Assembly: GCA_963663165.1 (NCBI GenBank)
Contig: OY760175.1
Coordinates: 4,640,001 to 4,704,000 of the forward strand
Length of the DNA: 64,000 nt
Direction: 5' to 3'
Source of the DNA: an uncultured Desulfospira sp.
GTDB lineage: Bacteria > Desulfobacterota > Desulfobacteria > Desulfobacterales > Desulfobacteraceae
The notes below the pieces were generated by a model, which ran no database searches, was not told where the DNA came from, and saw only the letters and a program-made list of their open reading frames with translations. The stretch's first letter is position 1, and every line of letters begins with the position of its first letter. A program made the position numbers and the translations under genes. Positions 32,517 to 44,002 of the stretch are shown one piece after another.

Positions 32517-32573
32517 TAAACATTTTGTCGTGTATGACAATGCATTATCTTGATAAGGAGCGTTGGGAAGACT

Positions 32574-32945
32574 ATGCCGACCATAAATCAGTTGGTTAGA
32601 AAAAGCAGGAAGAAAGCGGAAAAAAAGATTAGTACACCGGCCTTGAAAGGCGGTCCCCAGAAGAGAGGGGTATGTACCAGGGTATATACATCAACGCCGA
32701 AAAAACCAAACTCTGCATTGAGAAAAGTCGCCAGGGTTCGGTTGACGACCGGTATGGAAGTGGCTGCATATATCCCCGGCATGGGGCATAATCTTCAGGA
32801 GCACTCGGTTGTATTGGTCAGGGGCGGCAGGGTAAAGGACCTTCCCGGTGTCCGCTATCATATCGTCAGGGGGGCATTGGATACCCTCGGTGTAGATGAT
32901 AGAAGACAGGGACGTTCTAAATACGGGGCCAAGAGACCCAAATAA
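32574..32945 (+). CDS. rpsL: 30S ribosomal protein S12
   Basis: [28 protein letters not shown]. Confidence 0.99.
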   Translation: MPTINQLVRKSRKKAEKKISTPALKGGPQKRGVCTRVYTSTPKKPNSALRKVARVRLTTGMEVAAYIPGMGHNLQEHSVVLVRGGRVKDLPGVRYHIVRGALDTLGVDDRRQGRSKYGAKRPK

Positions 32946-32993
32946 ACGGGACTCAAAAGGTTTACAATTTACACTATTTGGTGGACATGACAG

Positions 32994-33461
32994 ATGGCAG
33001 ATAAAGAAATCGTTATTGAGAATATTTCACGGGATGCCACCCAGGAACAGAAACTGGCGGCAAAATTTGTAAACTGTGTGATGAGGGACGGCAAGAAAAA
33101 TGCTGCCCGTAAGGTGGTGAGCAACGCCTTGTCCATTGCCGAAGATAGGATTGGTGAACCGGCTCTGGCGGTGTTTTCAAAGGCGGTTGATAATATCAAG
33201 CCGGCAGTGGAGGTAAAGTCCAGAAGAATCGGAGGGTCCACATATCAGGTCCCGACAGATGTTAAGCCGAGCCGGCAGACCGCCCTGGCTTTCAGGTGGC
33301 TGATTAACTTCAGCCGGAGCCGTTCGGAAAAAGGGTTTGCCAACAAACTCGCAGGTGAGTTGATGGATGCTTACAACAACAGGGGCGGCGCCATCAAAAA
33401 AAGAGAAGATACGCACAAAATGGCAGAGGCAAACAAGGCTTTTGCCCATTTCAGGTGGTAA
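32994..33461 (+). CDS. rpsG: 30S ribosomal protein S7 with divergent N-terminus
   Basis: KFVNCVMRDGKK, VKSRRIGGSTYQVP, HKMAEANKAFAHFRW. Confidence 0.97.
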   Translation: MADKEIVIENISRDATQEQKLAAKFVNCVMRDGKKNAARKVVSNALSIAEDRIGEPALAVFSKAVDNIKPAVEVKSRRIGGSTYQVPTDVKPSRQTALAFRWLINFSRSRSEKGFANKLAGELMDAYNNRGGAIKKREDTHKMAEANKAFAHFRW

Positions 33462-33508
33462 AATTTTTCAATATTGAGATTTAGATTCCACGGGAGGAAC
33501 ATTAGAAA

Positions 33509-34702
33509 ATGGCTAAGGAGAAATTTGAGCGGACCAAGCCGCATGTTAACATAGGAACGATTGGTCATATCGACCATGGGAAGACGACGCTTACCGCAGC
33601 AATCACAAAGCTTGCCGGGATGAAGGGTCACGCCGATTATGTTCCTTTTGACGAGATCGACAAGGCGCCTGAAGAAAGAGAACGTGGTATAACCATTGCA
33701 ACGGCTCATGTTGAATACGAGACCGATGCGCGTCACTATGCCCATGTGGATTGCCCGGGCCATGCCGACTACATTAAGAATATGATCACCGGTGCCGCTC
33801 AGATGGACGGTGCGATCCTGGTGGTCAGTGCTGATGACGGCCCCATGCCCCAGACCCGCGAACACATTCTTCTTGCCCGTCAGGTTGGTGTGCCCAAGAT
33901 CGTTGTTTTCTTGAACAAGTGCGATATGGTGGATGACGAGGAACTCATCGAACTGGTGGAAATGGAACTTCAGGAACTGCTGGACAGCTATGAATTCCCC
34001 GGAGATGAAACCCCGATAATCAGAGGATCCGCCCTTAAAGCCCTGGAAACAGAAGACGTAGACAGTGATGAAGCCAAGCCTATTTTCGAGCTTTTGGACA
34101 CACTGGACAGCTACGTTCCGGAGCCTGAAAGAGATACCGCCAAACCCTTCCTGATGCCCATCGAAGACGTGTTCTCCATTTCCGGCCGTGGTACGGTTGT
34201 TACCGGCAGGATTGAGAGAGGGATCATCAAGACCGGTGAGGAAATCGAAATTGTTGGTATCCGTGACACCGCCAAAACCGTCTGCACCGGCGTTGAGATG
34301 TTCAGAAAACTGCTGGATGAAGGCCAGGCCGGAGACAATGTGGGGTTGCTGCTTCGCGGCACCAAGCGGGACCAGGTGGAAAGAGGCCAGGTAGTATCCA
34401 AACCGGGGACCATTACCCCCCATACCAAGTTCAAAGCCGAGATGTATGCCTTGAGCAAGGAAGAAGGCGGGCGTCATACCCCGTTCTTTACCGGCTACCG
34501 TCCCCAGTTCTTTTTTAGAACCACGGATATTACAGGGGTTCTGACCCTTGAAGAGGGCGTTGAAATGATCATGCCCGGTGATAATGCAACCATCAATGTT
34601 GAGCTGATCAACCCCATTGCCATGGAAAAAGAACTTCGCTTTGCCATAAGGGAAGGCGGACGGACTGTTGGCGCCGGTGTTATCGGTGAAATTGTTGAAT
34701 AA
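33509..34702 (+). CDS. tuf: Elongation factor Tu, copy 2
   Basis: Protein identical to 19111-20304. Confidence 0.99.
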   Translation: MAKEKFERTKPHVNIGTIGHIDHGKTTLTAAITKLAGMKGHADYVPFDEIDKAPEERERGITIATAHVEYETDARHYAHVDCPGHADYIKNMITGAAQMDGAILVVSADDGPMPQTREHILLARQVGVPKIVVFLNKCDMVDDEELIELVEMELQELLDSYEFPGDETPIIRGSALKALETEDVDSDEAKPIFELLDTLDSYVPEPERDTAKPFLMPIEDVFSISGRGTVVTGRIERGIIKTGEEIEIVGIRDTAKTVCTGVEMFRKLLDEGQAGDNVGLLLRGTKRDQVERGQVVSKPGTITPHTKFKAEMYALSKEEGGRHTPFFTGYRPQFFFRTTDITGVLTLEEGVEMIMPGDNATINVELINPIAMEKELRFAIREGGRTVGAGVIGEIVE

Positions 34703-34726
34703 GGGGTCATAGGAAAGAACAATATC

Positions 34727-35035
34727 ATGTTGAAAACAAAAATCAGAATCAGGCTTAAGGCGTACGACCACAAACTGCTTGATCAGTCTTCAGTGGATAT
34801 TGTTGATACGGCAAGGAAAACCGGCGCAAGAGTTGTTGGGCCGGTTCCCCTTCCCACCCGTATTAATAAATTTACGGTTTTGCGCTCTCCCCATGTGAAT
34901 AAAAAGTCCAGGGAACAGTTTGAAATCAGAACTCACAAGAGAATGATGGATATCCTGGAGCCGAGCCAGCAGACCGTTGATGCACTGATGAAACTGGATC
35001 TTTCGCCGGGTGTTGATGTTGAAATTAAATTATAG
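34727..35035 (+). CDS. rpsJ: 30S ribosomal protein S10
   Basis: [29 protein letters not shown]. Confidence 0.98.
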   Translation: MLKTKIRIRLKAYDHKLLDQSSVDIVDTARKTGARVVGPVPLPTRINKFTVLRSPHVNKKSREQFEIRTHKRMMDILEPSQQTVDALMKLDLSPGVDVEIKL

Positions 35036-35053
35036 GGGCGTCAGGGACAGATT

Positions 35054-35680
35054 ATGAGTGGAATATTAGGTAAAAAAATTGGGATGACCAACGTGTTTGC
35101 CTCAGACGGGGAGCTTGTTCCTGTTACCGTTGTTCAGGTGGGACCTTGTGTGGTAACCCAGATCAAAACCTTGGAAAAGGACGGGTATACGGCACTCCAG
35201 CTCGGATTTGATGAGCAGTCTGTTGACAAATTGAACAAACCGGCCGCCGGCCATCTGGCCAAGGCGGGAGACAAAGGATTCCGGGTACTCAGGGAATTTA
35301 GAACCGACTCGGTTGACGATGTTGAACTGGGTTCGGAAGTTAATGTCGGTATGTTCAACGTGGGTGAAAAGATATCCGTTTCAGGCATTACTAAAGGGCG
35401 CGGTTTTCAGGGAACCATTAAACGGCACGGATTCAGCCGGGGCCCTGAGAGCCACGGTAACCGTAACCATAGAAAGCCTGGCTCTATTGGTAACTCGGCC
35501 TGGCCGGCAAAGGTTATCAAAGGCAAAAGGCTGCCCGGACAGATGGGAACCAATAAAAAGACTACCAAGAATTTAACGATTGTCGATATTAAAGCCGAAG
35601 ACAATCTGTTACTGATAAAAGGAGCCGTTCCCGGTCCCAAAACAGGCATTATTGAAGTCTATAAAACCGAAAAAAAATAA
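35054..35680 (+). CDS. rplC: 50S ribosomal protein L3
   Basis: GKKIGMT, KGRGFQG, KGAVPG. Confidence 0.98.
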   Translation: MSGILGKKIGMTNVFASDGELVPVTVVQVGPCVVTQIKTLEKDGYTALQLGFDEQSVDKLNKPAAGHLAKAGDKGFRVLREFRTDSVDDVELGSEVNVGMFNVGEKISVSGITKGRGFQGTIKRHGFSRGPESHGNRNHRKPGSIGNSAWPAKVIKGKRLPGQMGTNKKTTKNLTIVDIKAEDNLLLIKGAVPGPKTGIIEVYKTEKK

Positions 35681-35800
35681 AATTTTAACAGATTAATCTG
35701 TTCGGTTTAAAACTTAGCAAGTAGATTGTTAAACGCGGCTATGGGTATTGCATTTGAACTCGCAGTGATGCATAGCTGATCAAAATTTAAGAGGAAGAAT

Positions 35801-36421
35801 ATGGCTGCTGTAGATGTATTAAACAGTGCAGGCGAAAAAGTATCTGAAATTCAACTGCCTGATGAAATATTCAGCATACCGGTTAAGAAATCCGTTCTTC
35901 ATGAAGTTGTTCGGTCCCAGCTCGTATCAAAACGGGCAGGGACTGCTGCGTCTAAGACCAGGGGAATGGTTTCCGGTAGTACGAAAAAGCTTTTCAGACA
36001 AAAAGGGACCGGTAATGCCCGGGCCGGCAGCATTAAATCCCCGTTGCGCAAAGGCGGAGGGGTAATTTTTGGGCCGTCTCCAAGATCCTATGCATTTACC
36101 GTCCCTAAAAAGGTTCGAAAACTTGCTTTGAAAATGGCCTTGAGCAGCAAGCTCGAAGACAAAACACTGTTTGTCATTGACGAACTCAACCTCGAAGAAA
36201 TCAAGACCAAAGTTCTCGCAGATATCTTAAAGACGATGGATCTGAACGATCTTCTGATTGTCTCTGATACGGATGATATAAGCCTTGCATTATCCTCAAG
36301 GAATATTCCGGATGTTAAAGTTATCAAGACAGCAGGTCTGAATGTATACGATATTTTAAAATTCAAGAACCTTCTTCTGGTTCAGTCCAGCATCGAGAAT
36401 ATCCAAGGGAGGTTAAACTGA
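35801..36421 (+). CDS. rplD: 50S ribosomal protein L4
   Basis: [20 protein letters not shown]. Confidence 0.98.
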   Translation: MAAVDVLNSAGEKVSEIQLPDEIFSIPVKKSVLHEVVRSQLVSKRAGTAASKTRGMVSGSTKKLFRQKGTGNARAGSIKSPLRKGGGVIFGPSPRSYAFTVPKKVRKLALKMALSSKLEDKTLFVIDELNLEEIKTKVLADILKTMDLNDLLIVSDTDDISLALSSRNIPDVKVIKTAGLNVYDILKFKNLLLVQSSIENIQGRLN

Positions 36422-36423
36422 TC

Positions 36424-36711
36424 ATGAACGAATATGACATTATCAGAGGACCTGTTGTTACAGAAAAAACAACCCTTCAAAAAGAACTGAACAACCAGGT
36501 GACTTTAGTTGTAGATAAGAGAGCCAACCGGGTCGAAATTAAGAATGCCGTAGAAAAGGCGTTTGACACCAAAGTCAAGCAGGTTCGCACGGTGCAGGTA
36601 AAAGGAAAGGTTAAGCGACGCGGAAGGATTCTTGGCAAACGAAATGACTGGAAAAAGGCCATTGTAACGCTGATACCGGGACAACGAATTGATTTTTTTG
36701 AAGGTGTTTAA
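36424..36711 (+). CDS. rplW: 50S ribosomal protein L23
   Basis: [21 protein letters not shown]. Confidence 0.97.
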   Translation: MNEYDIIRGPVVTEKTTLQKELNNQVTLVVDKRANRVEIKNAVEKAFDTKVKQVRTVQVKGKVKRRGRILGKRNDWKKAIVTLIPGQRIDFFEGV

Positions 36712-36723
36712 AGAGGTAACCAT

Positions 36724-37557
36724 ATGTCAACAATTATAAAGGCTAAACCGACATCTCCGGGAAGACGTGCACAGGAATACCTTTCTTTTGAAGAAATTAC
36801 CAAGACCAAACCGGAACGGCGGCTTACCAAAAATCTGAATAAGAAAAGCGGCCGGAATTCCTTTGGCCGAATTACCGCCAAGCACAGGGGCGGGGGAGCC
36901 AAGAAGAAATACCGTATTATAGATTTCAAACGAGATAAGGACGGTATTCCGGCAAAAGTTTCGGCTATTGAATATGACCCCAATAGAAGTGCCCGGATTG
37001 CCCTGCTGGTATATGCCGACGGCGAAAAAAGATACATCCTGGCACCCCTTGACGTAAAGGTGGGCGATATCCTGGAAACCGGACCAGATGCTGATATTAA
37101 ACCGGGAAATTGCATGCCCCTTGAGAATATTCCTACCGGTACCCGGATTCACAACATTGAGCTGAAACAGAACAAGGGCGGACAGATTGTCAGAAGTGCC
37201 GGTACTTATGCCCGGCTGATGGCCAAAGAAGGCAGCTACGCACAGGTGCTTTTACCTTCCGGCGAGGTCCGCATGGTTCATCTCAAGTGCAAGGCCACCG
37301 TGGGTAGAATTGGTAATGAAAAACACGGGGATGTCAGTATTGGAAAGGCCGGCCGGACCAGATGGATGGGAAAAAGACCTTCTGTCCGGGGGGTTGCCAT
37401 GAACCCGGTTGATCACCCCATGGGTGGTGGTGAAGGCAGGTCCTCAGGCGGACGTCAGCCTTGTACGCCTTGGGGTGTGCCCACAAAAGGCAAGCGGACC
37501 CGGAGCAATGCCAGAACAGATCAGTTTATTATCAAAAGAAGAGCTAAGAGAAGATAG
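36724..37557 (+). CDS. rplB: 50S ribosomal protein L2
   Basis: [26 protein letters not shown]. Confidence 0.99.
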   Translation: MSTIIKAKPTSPGRRAQEYLSFEEITKTKPERRLTKNLNKKSGRNSFGRITAKHRGGGAKKKYRIIDFKRDKDGIPAKVSAIEYDPNRSARIALLVYADGEKRYILAPLDVKVGDILETGPDADIKPGNCMPLENIPTGTRIHNIELKQNKGGQIVRSAGTYARLMAKEGSYAQVLLPSGEVRMVHLKCKATVGRIGNEKHGDVSIGKAGRTRWMGKRPSVRGVAMNPVDHPMGGGEGRSSGGRQPCTPWGVPTKGKRTRSNARTDQFIIKRRAKRR

Positions 37558-37567
37558 GTGACCCATT

Positions 37568-37843
37568 ATGCCAAGATCATTAAAAAAAGGACCATATATC
37601 GCTCCTGAGCTTTTAAAGAAAGTTCTGGCGGCAAGTCAATCCAACAGCAATAAGGTTATCAAAACCTGGTCAAGGAGATCCACTATTCTTCCTGAAATGG
37701 TAGGGACTACTTTTGCCGTTCACAACGGCAAAAAGTTTATTCCTGTATTTGTCACGGAAAATATGGTGGGGCACAAACTTGGCGAGTTTTCACCGACCCG
37801 GACCTTCTGGGGGCACGCTGGGGATAAAAAGGCCAAACGGTAA
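37568..37843 (+). CDS. rpsS: 30S ribosomal protein S19
   Basis: [25 protein letters not shown]. Confidence 0.98.
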   Translation: MPRSLKKGPYIAPELLKKVLAASQSNSNKVIKTWSRRSTILPEMVGTTFAVHNGKKFIPVFVTENMVGHKLGEFSPTRTFWGHAGDKKAKR

Positions 37844-37869
37844 TTTCATAGGCAAAAGGAAATATAGAT

Positions 37870-38205
37870 ATGGAAGTCAAAGCAAAGACAAGGTACGCAA
37901 GAATTTCTCCTTTAAAGCTACGGTTGCCGATCAGTGAAGTCAAAGGAAAGAATGCTGAACAGGCCCTGATGCTGCTAAAATTCATGCCCCTTAAGGCGGC
38001 TGGGATTATTCACAAGACCCTTCAGTCGGCTGTTGCCAATGCAGAACACAATAACGAACTGGACGTGGATAAGCTGATCGTTAAAAATATTATTGTAGAC
38101 CAAGGCCCGTCCATGAAGCGGATTAGACCCCGAGCCCGGGGCAGAGCCGCCAGGATTTTGAAACGAACCAGTCATTTAACCGTAATCGTTGAACAGGTCG
38201 ATTAA
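37870..38205 (+). CDS. rplV: 50S ribosomal protein L22
   Basis: [23 protein letters not shown]. Confidence 0.98.
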   Translation: MEVKAKTRYARISPLKLRLPISEVKGKNAEQALMLLKFMPLKAAGIIHKTLQSAVANAEHNNELDVDKLIVKNIIVDQGPSMKRIRPRARGRAARILKRTSHLTVIVEQVD

Positions 38206-38222
38206 AGAGGAGGAACAAAAGC

Positions 38223-38876
38223 TTGGGCCAGAAAGTACATCCTACTGGATTAAGATTAGGCATCATCAGGACATGGGACTCCAGATGGTACGCAGACAAA
38301 GAGTATGCCGAGTTTGTTGAAGAAGATTTCAAAGTTAGGAAATTTTTGAAAAAAAAGCTTTACCACGCCGGAATTTCAAAAATTGAAATCGAACGATTCT
38401 CCAAACAGATCCGTCTGAGGGTCTATGCGGCAAGGCCGGGTATCATCATCGGCAAAAAAGGGGCGGAGATCGCCCTGTTAAAACAAGAGCTGGAAAAATT
38501 GCTTGTTCCCGAAGTTCTGATTGACATCAAAGAGGTTAGAAGACCTGAAATAGATGCCCAGCTAGTTGCTGAAAATATTGCCCAGCAGCTTGAAAGAAGA
38601 ATTGCCTTTAGACGGGCCATGAAAAGAAGTGTTACGTCTGCCATGCGGTTTGGGGCAAAAGGGATTAAAATTATCTGTTCCGGCCGCCTGGGCGGAGCGG
38701 AAATGGCCAGAACCGAATGGTATAAAGAAGGGCGTATCCCTTTGCACACTCTCAGGGCTGATGTTGATTATGGCTTTATTGAGGCTAAAACAACTTACGG
38801 GACAATAGGCATAAAGACCTTTATTTTTAAAGGTGAGATTTTGAGTTCTGGTGAACAGGCCCTGGCTGGAAATTAA
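38223..38876 (+). CDS. rpsC: 30S ribosomal protein S3
   Basis: [28 protein letters not shown] start. Confidence 0.98.
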   Translation: MGQKVHPTGLRLGIIRTWDSRWYADKEYAEFVEEDFKVRKFLKKKLYHAGISKIEIERFSKQIRLRVYAARPGIIIGKKGAEIALLKQELEKLLVPEVLIDIKEVRRPEIDAQLVAENIAQQLERRIAFRRAMKRSVTSAMRFGAKGIKIICSGRLGGAEMARTEWYKEGRIPLHTLRADVDYGFIEAKTTYGTIGIKTFIFKGEILSSGEQALAGN

Positions 38877-38922
38877 GACGTTAGACTTCAATTATACAGC
38901 AGGCTAGATAGGAGAAACGCAA

Positions 38923-39330
38923 ATGCTTAGTCCAAAAAATGTAAAATTCCGCAAACAGTTCCGGGGTCGGACCAAAGGATCCCCAACAAAAGGAAACACC
39001 TTGAGCTTTGGTGATTTCGGGCTCCAGGCGACGGAGTGCGGTTATATAAATGCACGGCAAATTGAGGCGGCCAGGGTCGCGATGACCAGATACGCTAAAA
39101 GAACGGGTAAAAGCTGGATTCGATTTTTCCCGGATCATCCCATAACCAAAAAACCTGCTGAAGTCAGGATGGGTAAAGGGAAAGGCGCTACTGAAGCCTG
39201 GGTAGCCAGGGTAAAACCCGGAAAAATTCTCTATGAAATGGAGGGGGTTTCCCGGGAAGTTGCCAAAGAAGCCTTAAGGCTTGCTGCAAGAAAACTTTGC
39301 CTGAAAACTCGTTTTGTGGAAAGGAGTTAA
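38923..39330 (+). CDS. rplP: 50S ribosomal protein L16
   Basis: [16 protein letters not shown]. Confidence 0.98.
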   Translation: MLSPKNVKFRKQFRGRTKGSPTKGNTLSFGDFGLQATECGYINARQIEAARVAMTRYAKRTGKSWIRFFPDHPITKKPAEVRMGKGKGATEAWVARVKPGKILYEMEGVSREVAKEALRLAARKLCLKTRFVERS

Positions 39331-39333
39331 GTT

Positions 39334-39534
39334 ATGTTAAAGGCAAGTGAAATCAGGGAAATGGATGAAGGCCAGGTAAAGGAAAAACTGGTCGAGCTCA
39401 AAAAGGAACTGTTCAACCTTCGTTTCCAGAATGATGTCGGGCAGCTTGAAAATACGGCAACGCTTTCCATGGTCAGAAAAGACATCGCAAGACTCTATAC
39501 CATCTCCCGGCAAAAAGATTTTAACATTAGCTAA
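39334..39534 (+). CDS. rpmC: 50S ribosomal protein L29
   Basis: [15 protein letters not shown]. Confidence 0.95.
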   Translation: MLKASEIREMDEGQVKEKLVELKKELFNLRFQNDVGQLENTATLSMVRKDIARLYTISRQKDFNIS

Positions 39535-39546
39535 AGAGTTATCGAT

Positions 39547-39804
39547 ATGGAAAATAAAAAAAATAAAAGAGAGATGATTGGGCTAATTGTATCCGACAAA
39601 ATGGATAAGTCAGTAGTTGTCCGGGTTGAACGGTTTGTACAGCACAAAGTGTATAAAAAATATATCAAACGGTACAAAAAATACCATGCCCATGATGCCA
39701 AGAACGAATGTCGGATTGGTGATGAAGTCAAGATCATTGAAACCCGTCCTTTGAGCAAATTGAAACGGTTCAGGGTTTCTGAGATCACCAAAAAAGCCGT
39801 TTAA
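39547..39804 (+). CDS. rpsQ: 30S ribosomal protein S17
   Basis: [18 protein letters not shown]. Confidence 0.97.
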   Translation: MENKKNKREMIGLIVSDKMDKSVVVRVERFVQHKVYKKYIKRYKKYHAHDAKNECRIGDEVKIIETRPLSKLKRFRVSEITKKAV

Positions 39805-39824
39805 GTAAAGGAGTTACAAAGAAA

Positions 39825-40193
39825 ATGATTCAGAGCGAAACCAGATTGACGGTCGCAGACAACTCCGGAGCAAAGGAACTTTATTGTATAAAGGTTCTGG
39901 GCGGATCCAAAAGAAAATACGCCGGTATCGGTGACATTATTATCACCAGTGTCAAAGAGGCCATCCCGAATTCCAAGGTGAGCAAGGGTGATATTGTACC
40001 GGCGGTGATCGTCAGAACCAAAAAGGAAATTCGCCGGCCGGACGGCTCTTCCATACGGTTTGATGACAATTCGGCAGTGGTATTGACCAAGAACAATGAT
40101 CCTGTCGGAACCCGTATATTCGGCCCGGTGGCAAGGGAGTTAAGGGCAAAAAGATTTATGAAAATCATCTCTTTGGCCCCTGACGTCCTTTAA
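39825..40193 (+). CDS. rplN: 50S ribosomal protein L14
   Basis: [21 protein letters not shown]. Confidence 0.98.
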   Translation: MIQSETRLTVADNSGAKELYCIKVLGGSKRKYAGIGDIIITSVKEAIPNSKVSKGDIVPAVIVRTKKEIRRPDGSSIRFDDNSAVVLTKNNDPVGTRIFGPVARELRAKRFMKIISLAPDVL

Positions 40194-40216
40194 GCTTAAG
40201 GATTGGAGAAAATAAC

Positions 40217-40546
40217 ATGCAGGCTGGAAAAATAAGAATAAAAAAAGATGACAAGGTAAAAGTGCTTACCGGCAAAGATAAAGGCAAAATCGGTAAAGTA
40301 CTCAAGGTGGTGAAAAAGACCAACCGGGCCGTTGTCGAAAACATCAATGTCGTCAAGGTTCATCAGCGGCCCACCCAGGCCAATCCCCAGGGTGGGATTA
40401 TAGACAAAGCCATGCCCATTGAACTGTCCAATTTGATGATCATGTGCAATTCCTGTGTAAAACCGACCCGGATCGGAATAAAACAGCTTGAAGACGGTAA
40501 GCGGGTTAGAATCTGCAAGAAATGCAATGAGCAGATCGACGCCTAG
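40217..40546 (+). CDS. rplX: 50S ribosomal protein L24
   Basis: IKKDDKV..GKDKGK KOW motif. Confidence 0.96.
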   Translation: MQAGKIRIKKDDKVKVLTGKDKGKIGKVLKVVKKTNRAVVENINVVKVHQRPTQANPQGGIIDKAMPIELSNLMIMCNSCVKPTRIGIKQLEDGKRVRICKKCNEQIDA

Positions 40547-40570
40547 GACCCTCACCCCCGGAGAAGAAAA

Positions 40571-41110
40571 ATGACCACGCTAAAAGAAAGATATTTAAAT
40601 GAAGTTGTTCCGGTACTAAAGGAGAGCTTCAACTATACCAACGAATTTCAGGTGCCCAAGTTTGAAAAGATTGTCCTGAATATGGGGCTTGGAGAAGCGG
40701 TCAGGAACCCGAAAATAATCGAATCAGCTGTTCAGGAGCTGACGCTTATCGCTGGACAAAAAGCCGTTGTTACCAGGGCAAAAAAACCCATTGCCAATTT
40801 CAAGCTCAGGGCCGACCTTCCCATTGGGTGCAAGGTGACCCTGCGCCGTGAAAAAATGTATGATTTTTTTGAACGGCTTATCAATATTGCACTTCCCCGT
40901 GTAAGAGACTTCAAGGGCGTATCAGGAAAAGGCTTTGACGGTCGCGGAAATTTTTCCATGGGGATCACAGAGCATATTATTTTCCCTGAAATTGATTATG
41001 ACAAGACCGACAGCATCAAAGGGTTTAATGTTACGGTTGTGACCACAGCCAAAACCGATGAAGAAGGCAAAAAATTCCTGAAAGAAATGGGAATGCCCTT
41101 TAAAAACTAA
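40571..41110 (+). CDS. rplE: 50S ribosomal protein L5
   Basis: [25 protein letters not shown]. Confidence 0.98.
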   Translation: MTTLKERYLNEVVPVLKESFNYTNEFQVPKFEKIVLNMGLGEAVRNPKIIESAVQELTLIAGQKAVVTRAKKPIANFKLRADLPIGCKVTLRREKMYDFFERLINIALPRVRDFKGVSGKGFDGRGNFSMGITEHIIFPEIDYDKTDSIKGFNVTVVTTAKTDEEGKKFLKEMGMPFKN

Positions 41111-41129
41111 GGATCTTAAGGAGGAAAGC

Positions 41130-41315
41130 TTGGCTAGGACAGCTTTAATCGCAAAGGCCAATAGAAAACCTAAGTTTTCTGTACGTGCGTACAACAGGTG
41201 CCCGTTATGCGGTAGACCAAGAGGATTTATCAGAAAAGCTGGTATTTGCAGAATTTGTTTCAGGACCCTTGCTTCCGAAGGCAAGCTCCCGGGCGTTACC
41301 AAATCAAGCTGGTAG
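41130..41315 (+). CDS. rpsN: 30S ribosomal protein S14 type Z (Zn-binding)
   Basis: RCPLCGR...[17 protein letters not shown] start. Confidence 0.96.
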   Translation: MARTALIAKANRKPKFSVRAYNRCPLCGRPRGFIRKAGICRICFRTLASEGKLPGVTKSSW

Positions 41316-41369
41316 ACCAGACAAATCCAACAATATTGAATTATCAGCTGAAAGTTAAGGAGACTTCAA

Positions 41370-41768
41370 ATGGCAGTTAGTGATCCAATTGCAGACATGC
41401 TGACCATCATTAGAAATGGCGGGAAGGCGGGGTTTGCCAACGTGGATATCCCCGGATCAAAGATTAAATTGGAAATGGTGCGGGTGCTAAAGGAACAAGG
41501 GTATATCAAGGATTTTAAGTTTCTTGAAAATGAGATTCAGGGAGTGATCCGGGTCTATCTTAAGTATGTGAAAGATGGGCAGCCCACCATATTCGGGATT
41601 AAACGGGTCAGCAAACCATCCTGCAGGGTATACAGCAAATCCAAACAGATTAAGCCGGTATTAAACGGCCTGGGTATTTCCATTGTATCCACCTCAAAAG
41701 GGGTTATGACGGATAAACAGGCTAAAGAAGCGAAGGTCGGCGGTGAAATTCTTTGTAACGTATGGTAA
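41370..41768 (+). CDS. rpsH: 30S ribosomal protein S8
   Basis: DPIADML, STSKGVMT, GGEILC.VW. Confidence 0.98.
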   Translation: MAVSDPIADMLTIIRNGGKAGFANVDIPGSKIKLEMVRVLKEQGYIKDFKFLENEIQGVIRVYLKYVKDGQPTIFGIKRVSKPSCRVYSKSKQIKPVLNGLGISIVSTSKGVMTDKQAKEAKVGGEILCNVW

Positions 41769-41782
41769 GACAGGAGTAGAAT

Positions 41783-42325
41783 ATGTCGAGAATAGGAAAA
41801 AAGCCGGTTCAGCTTCCAGATAAGGTCCAGGTTACTTTGGATGCGGATGTCATCAAAGTCAAAGGACCCAAAGGCAATCTCGAACGTAAAGTTCATCCGG
41901 CGGTTAAGATTCAAATAGATGATGGTGAACTAAAGGTGAGTGCAGATTCTTCCAACCAGAAGGATGTTGCGCTACAGGGACTGTTCAGGTCTCTGATCGA
42001 CAATATGGTAACCGGTGTAACCAACGGGTATGAAAAGCAGCTGGTCCTTTCAGGGATTGGCTACCGGGCTGAAACCAAAGGGAAGAATCTCGTACTCAAC
42101 GTGGGGTACTCCAATCCGGTCGACTTTGAACTGCCTGAAGGCATCAGCGCTCAGGTTGAAAACAACACCAAGATTACGCTCAGCGGAATAGACAAAGAGA
42201 TTCTTGGCCAGGCAGCGGCGAATATCAGACGGGTCAGGCCCCCAGAGCCCTACAAGGGAAAGGGCATAATGTATGCCGATGAAAGAATCATCAGAAAAGC
42301 GGGCAAAACAGCCGGTAAAGATTAG
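41783..42325 (+). CDS. rplF: 50S ribosomal protein L6
   Basis: MSRIGK, RPPEPYKGKG. Confidence 0.98.
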   Translation: MSRIGKKPVQLPDKVQVTLDADVIKVKGPKGNLERKVHPAVKIQIDDGELKVSADSSNQKDVALQGLFRSLIDNMVTGVTNGYEKQLVLSGIGYRAETKGKNLVLNVGYSNPVDFELPEGISAQVENNTKITLSGIDKEILGQAAANIRRVRPPEPYKGKGIMYADERIIRKAGKTAGKD

Positions 42326-42343
42326 AGCGGGAGTATAAATATC

Positions 42344-42712
42344 ATGGGAAAGACATCACCAAGGCTTGTATCCAGGCTTAAAAGAAAAAAGAGAATCAGA
42401 AAAAGTATCACCGGCAGTCAGGAACGTCCGAGACTGAGTGTGTTCAGAAGCTCCAAACATATTTATGCCCAGATCGTAGATGATACCCAAGGCCGGACCC
42501 TGGTTTCCGCATCCAGCCTGGACGGGGAATACAAAGACAGCCCCGCAGAGGGAAAAAAACGGGATGTAGCCAAGGCAATTGGGCTGCTTGTCGGGAAGAG
42601 GGCCATTGACAAAGGAATTACAAAAGTGGTTCTGGACAGAAATGGGTTTTTATATCATGGCCGCGTTAAAGCGCTCTCAGACGGTGCCCGTGAAGCCGGT
42701 CTGGATTTCTAA
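42344..42712 (+). CDS. rplR: 50S ribosomal protein L18
   Basis: [17 protein letters not shown]. Confidence 0.97.
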   Translation: MGKTSPRLVSRLKRKKRIRKSITGSQERPRLSVFRSSKHIYAQIVDDTQGRTLVSASSLDGEYKDSPAEGKKRDVAKAIGLLVGKRAIDKGITKVVLDRNGFLYHGRVKALSDGAREAGLDF

Positions 42713-42728
42713 ATAAGGAGGAACACCC

Positions 42729-43235
42729 TTGGCAAGACAACAGGCAAGACAACAGATGGAAGACAGTGGGTTAATCGATAAAGTTGTCCGGATCAACCGC
42801 GTGGCAAAAGTAGTTAAAGGCGGCAGGAATTTCAGTTTTTCAGCCCTTGTGGTGGTTGGAGACGGTGAAGGCACCGTGGGGTACGGCCTTGGAAAAGCCA
42901 CTGAGGTTCCCGAAGCCATTCGAAAAGGCATGGAAAAGGCCAAGCGGAACATGGTCAAGGTCGCTATTTTGAACGGCACGGTTCCCTTTGAGGTTGTGGG
43001 GCGCGCCGGGGCCGGACAGGTTCTCCTCAAACCCGCATCCCCCGGTACCGGGCTGATTGCCGGTGGTGGTATCCGTGCAGTCCTTGAAGCAGCGGGCGTT
43101 ACGGATATCCTGACCAAATGCATTGGGACCCACAACACCCAGAACATTGTCAGAGCGACAATGGCAGGTCTTCAATCGCTGTGTACCAAAGAAGAGGTCG
43201 CCAAGCGCAGGGGCTTGCGGCCTGAAGATATTTAA
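42729..43235 (+). CDS. rpsE: 30S ribosomal protein S5
   Basis: [22 protein letters not shown] start after AAGGAGG. Confidence 0.97.
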   Translation: MARQQARQQMEDSGLIDKVVRINRVAKVVKGGRNFSFSALVVVGDGEGTVGYGLGKATEVPEAIRKGMEKAKRNMVKVAILNGTVPFEVVGRAGAGQVLLKPASPGTGLIAGGGIRAVLEAAGVTDILTKCIGTHNTQNIVRATMAGLQSLCTKEEVAKRRGLRPEDI

Positions 43236-43246
43236 TGAGGTTAACA

Positions 43247-43429
43247 ATGGCAGATACATTGAGAATAACACAGATTAGAAGCACCATTGGACGGCCGGCA
43301 AAACAGGGGCGGATTGTCCGGTCCTTAGGGATCAAGCGGATGCACCATACCGTGGAGCATAAAAAAGATCCGGTTATCCTGGGACAGATTAAAAAGATTT
43401 CACACCTGTTGAAAGTAGAGGAGGTCTAA
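43247..43429 (+). CDS. rpmD: 50S ribosomal protein L30
   Basis: ITQIRSTIG, LGIKR, HLLKVEE. Confidence 0.94.
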   Translation: MADTLRITQIRSTIGRPAKQGRIVRSLGIKRMHHTVEHKKDPVILGQIKKISHLLKVEEV

Positions 43430-43929
43430 TGGTACAGCTTCATGATCTGGCACCTGCTCCTGGCAGCAGAAAGAATAGAAAAAGAGTGGGCAGAGGCCCC
43501 GGGTCCGGGATGGGGAAAACCGCCACCAGGGGAAGCAAAGGCTTAAAGGCTCGGTCAGGCGGCAGCGTCAGGCCTGGATTTGAAGGCGGCCAGATGCCGA
43601 TTTACCGGCGTTTGCCCAAAAGGGGATTCCTCAATATTTTTAAAACCCATAATGTGGTTTTAAATGTTAAAGATCTTGACCGGTTTGAGAATGAGGCATT
43701 AATTGATGTCCAGTCTCTCAGGGATTCCGGGCTGGTAAAGGGAAAATTTGACGGGGTTAAGATTCTGGGAGACGGCGAGACCAGCAAAAAGTTTACATTA
43801 AAGGGATTGCTGGTTTCTAAGGCAGCCAGGACAAAGATTGAAGCCGCCGGCGGAACAATAGTAGAAGACGCCGCAGCGGCTCCGGAAGTCACAGAGGCTT
43901 TGGAAACCCCTGAGAGCCCGGAAGCTTAA
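43429..43929 (+). CDS. rplO: 50S ribosomal protein L15 with acidic C-terminal extension
   Basis: RVGRGPGSG, GFEGGQMP..RRLPKRGF. Confidence 0.97.
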   Translation: MVQLHDLAPAPGSRKNRKRVGRGPGSGMGKTATRGSKGLKARSGGSVRPGFEGGQMPIYRRLPKRGFLNIFKTHNVVLNVKDLDRFENEALIDVQSLRDSGLVKGKFDGVKILGDGETSKKFTLKGLLVSKAARTKIEAAGGTIVEDAAAAPEVTEALETPESPEA

Positions 43930-44002
43930 AACCAAAACGGGGCAGGTCTCAAATCAGACGATCAAAAATTGAAATTACAGGGGATGTAAGGAAATAACCA
44001 AA

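Noticed and set aside
33371..34771. Long antisense ORFs over both tuf copies (466 aa and 357 aa) and over rpoB, rpoC and cheA
   Set aside because: Shadow ORFs from codon bias in conserved genes; no RBS or recognisable motifs
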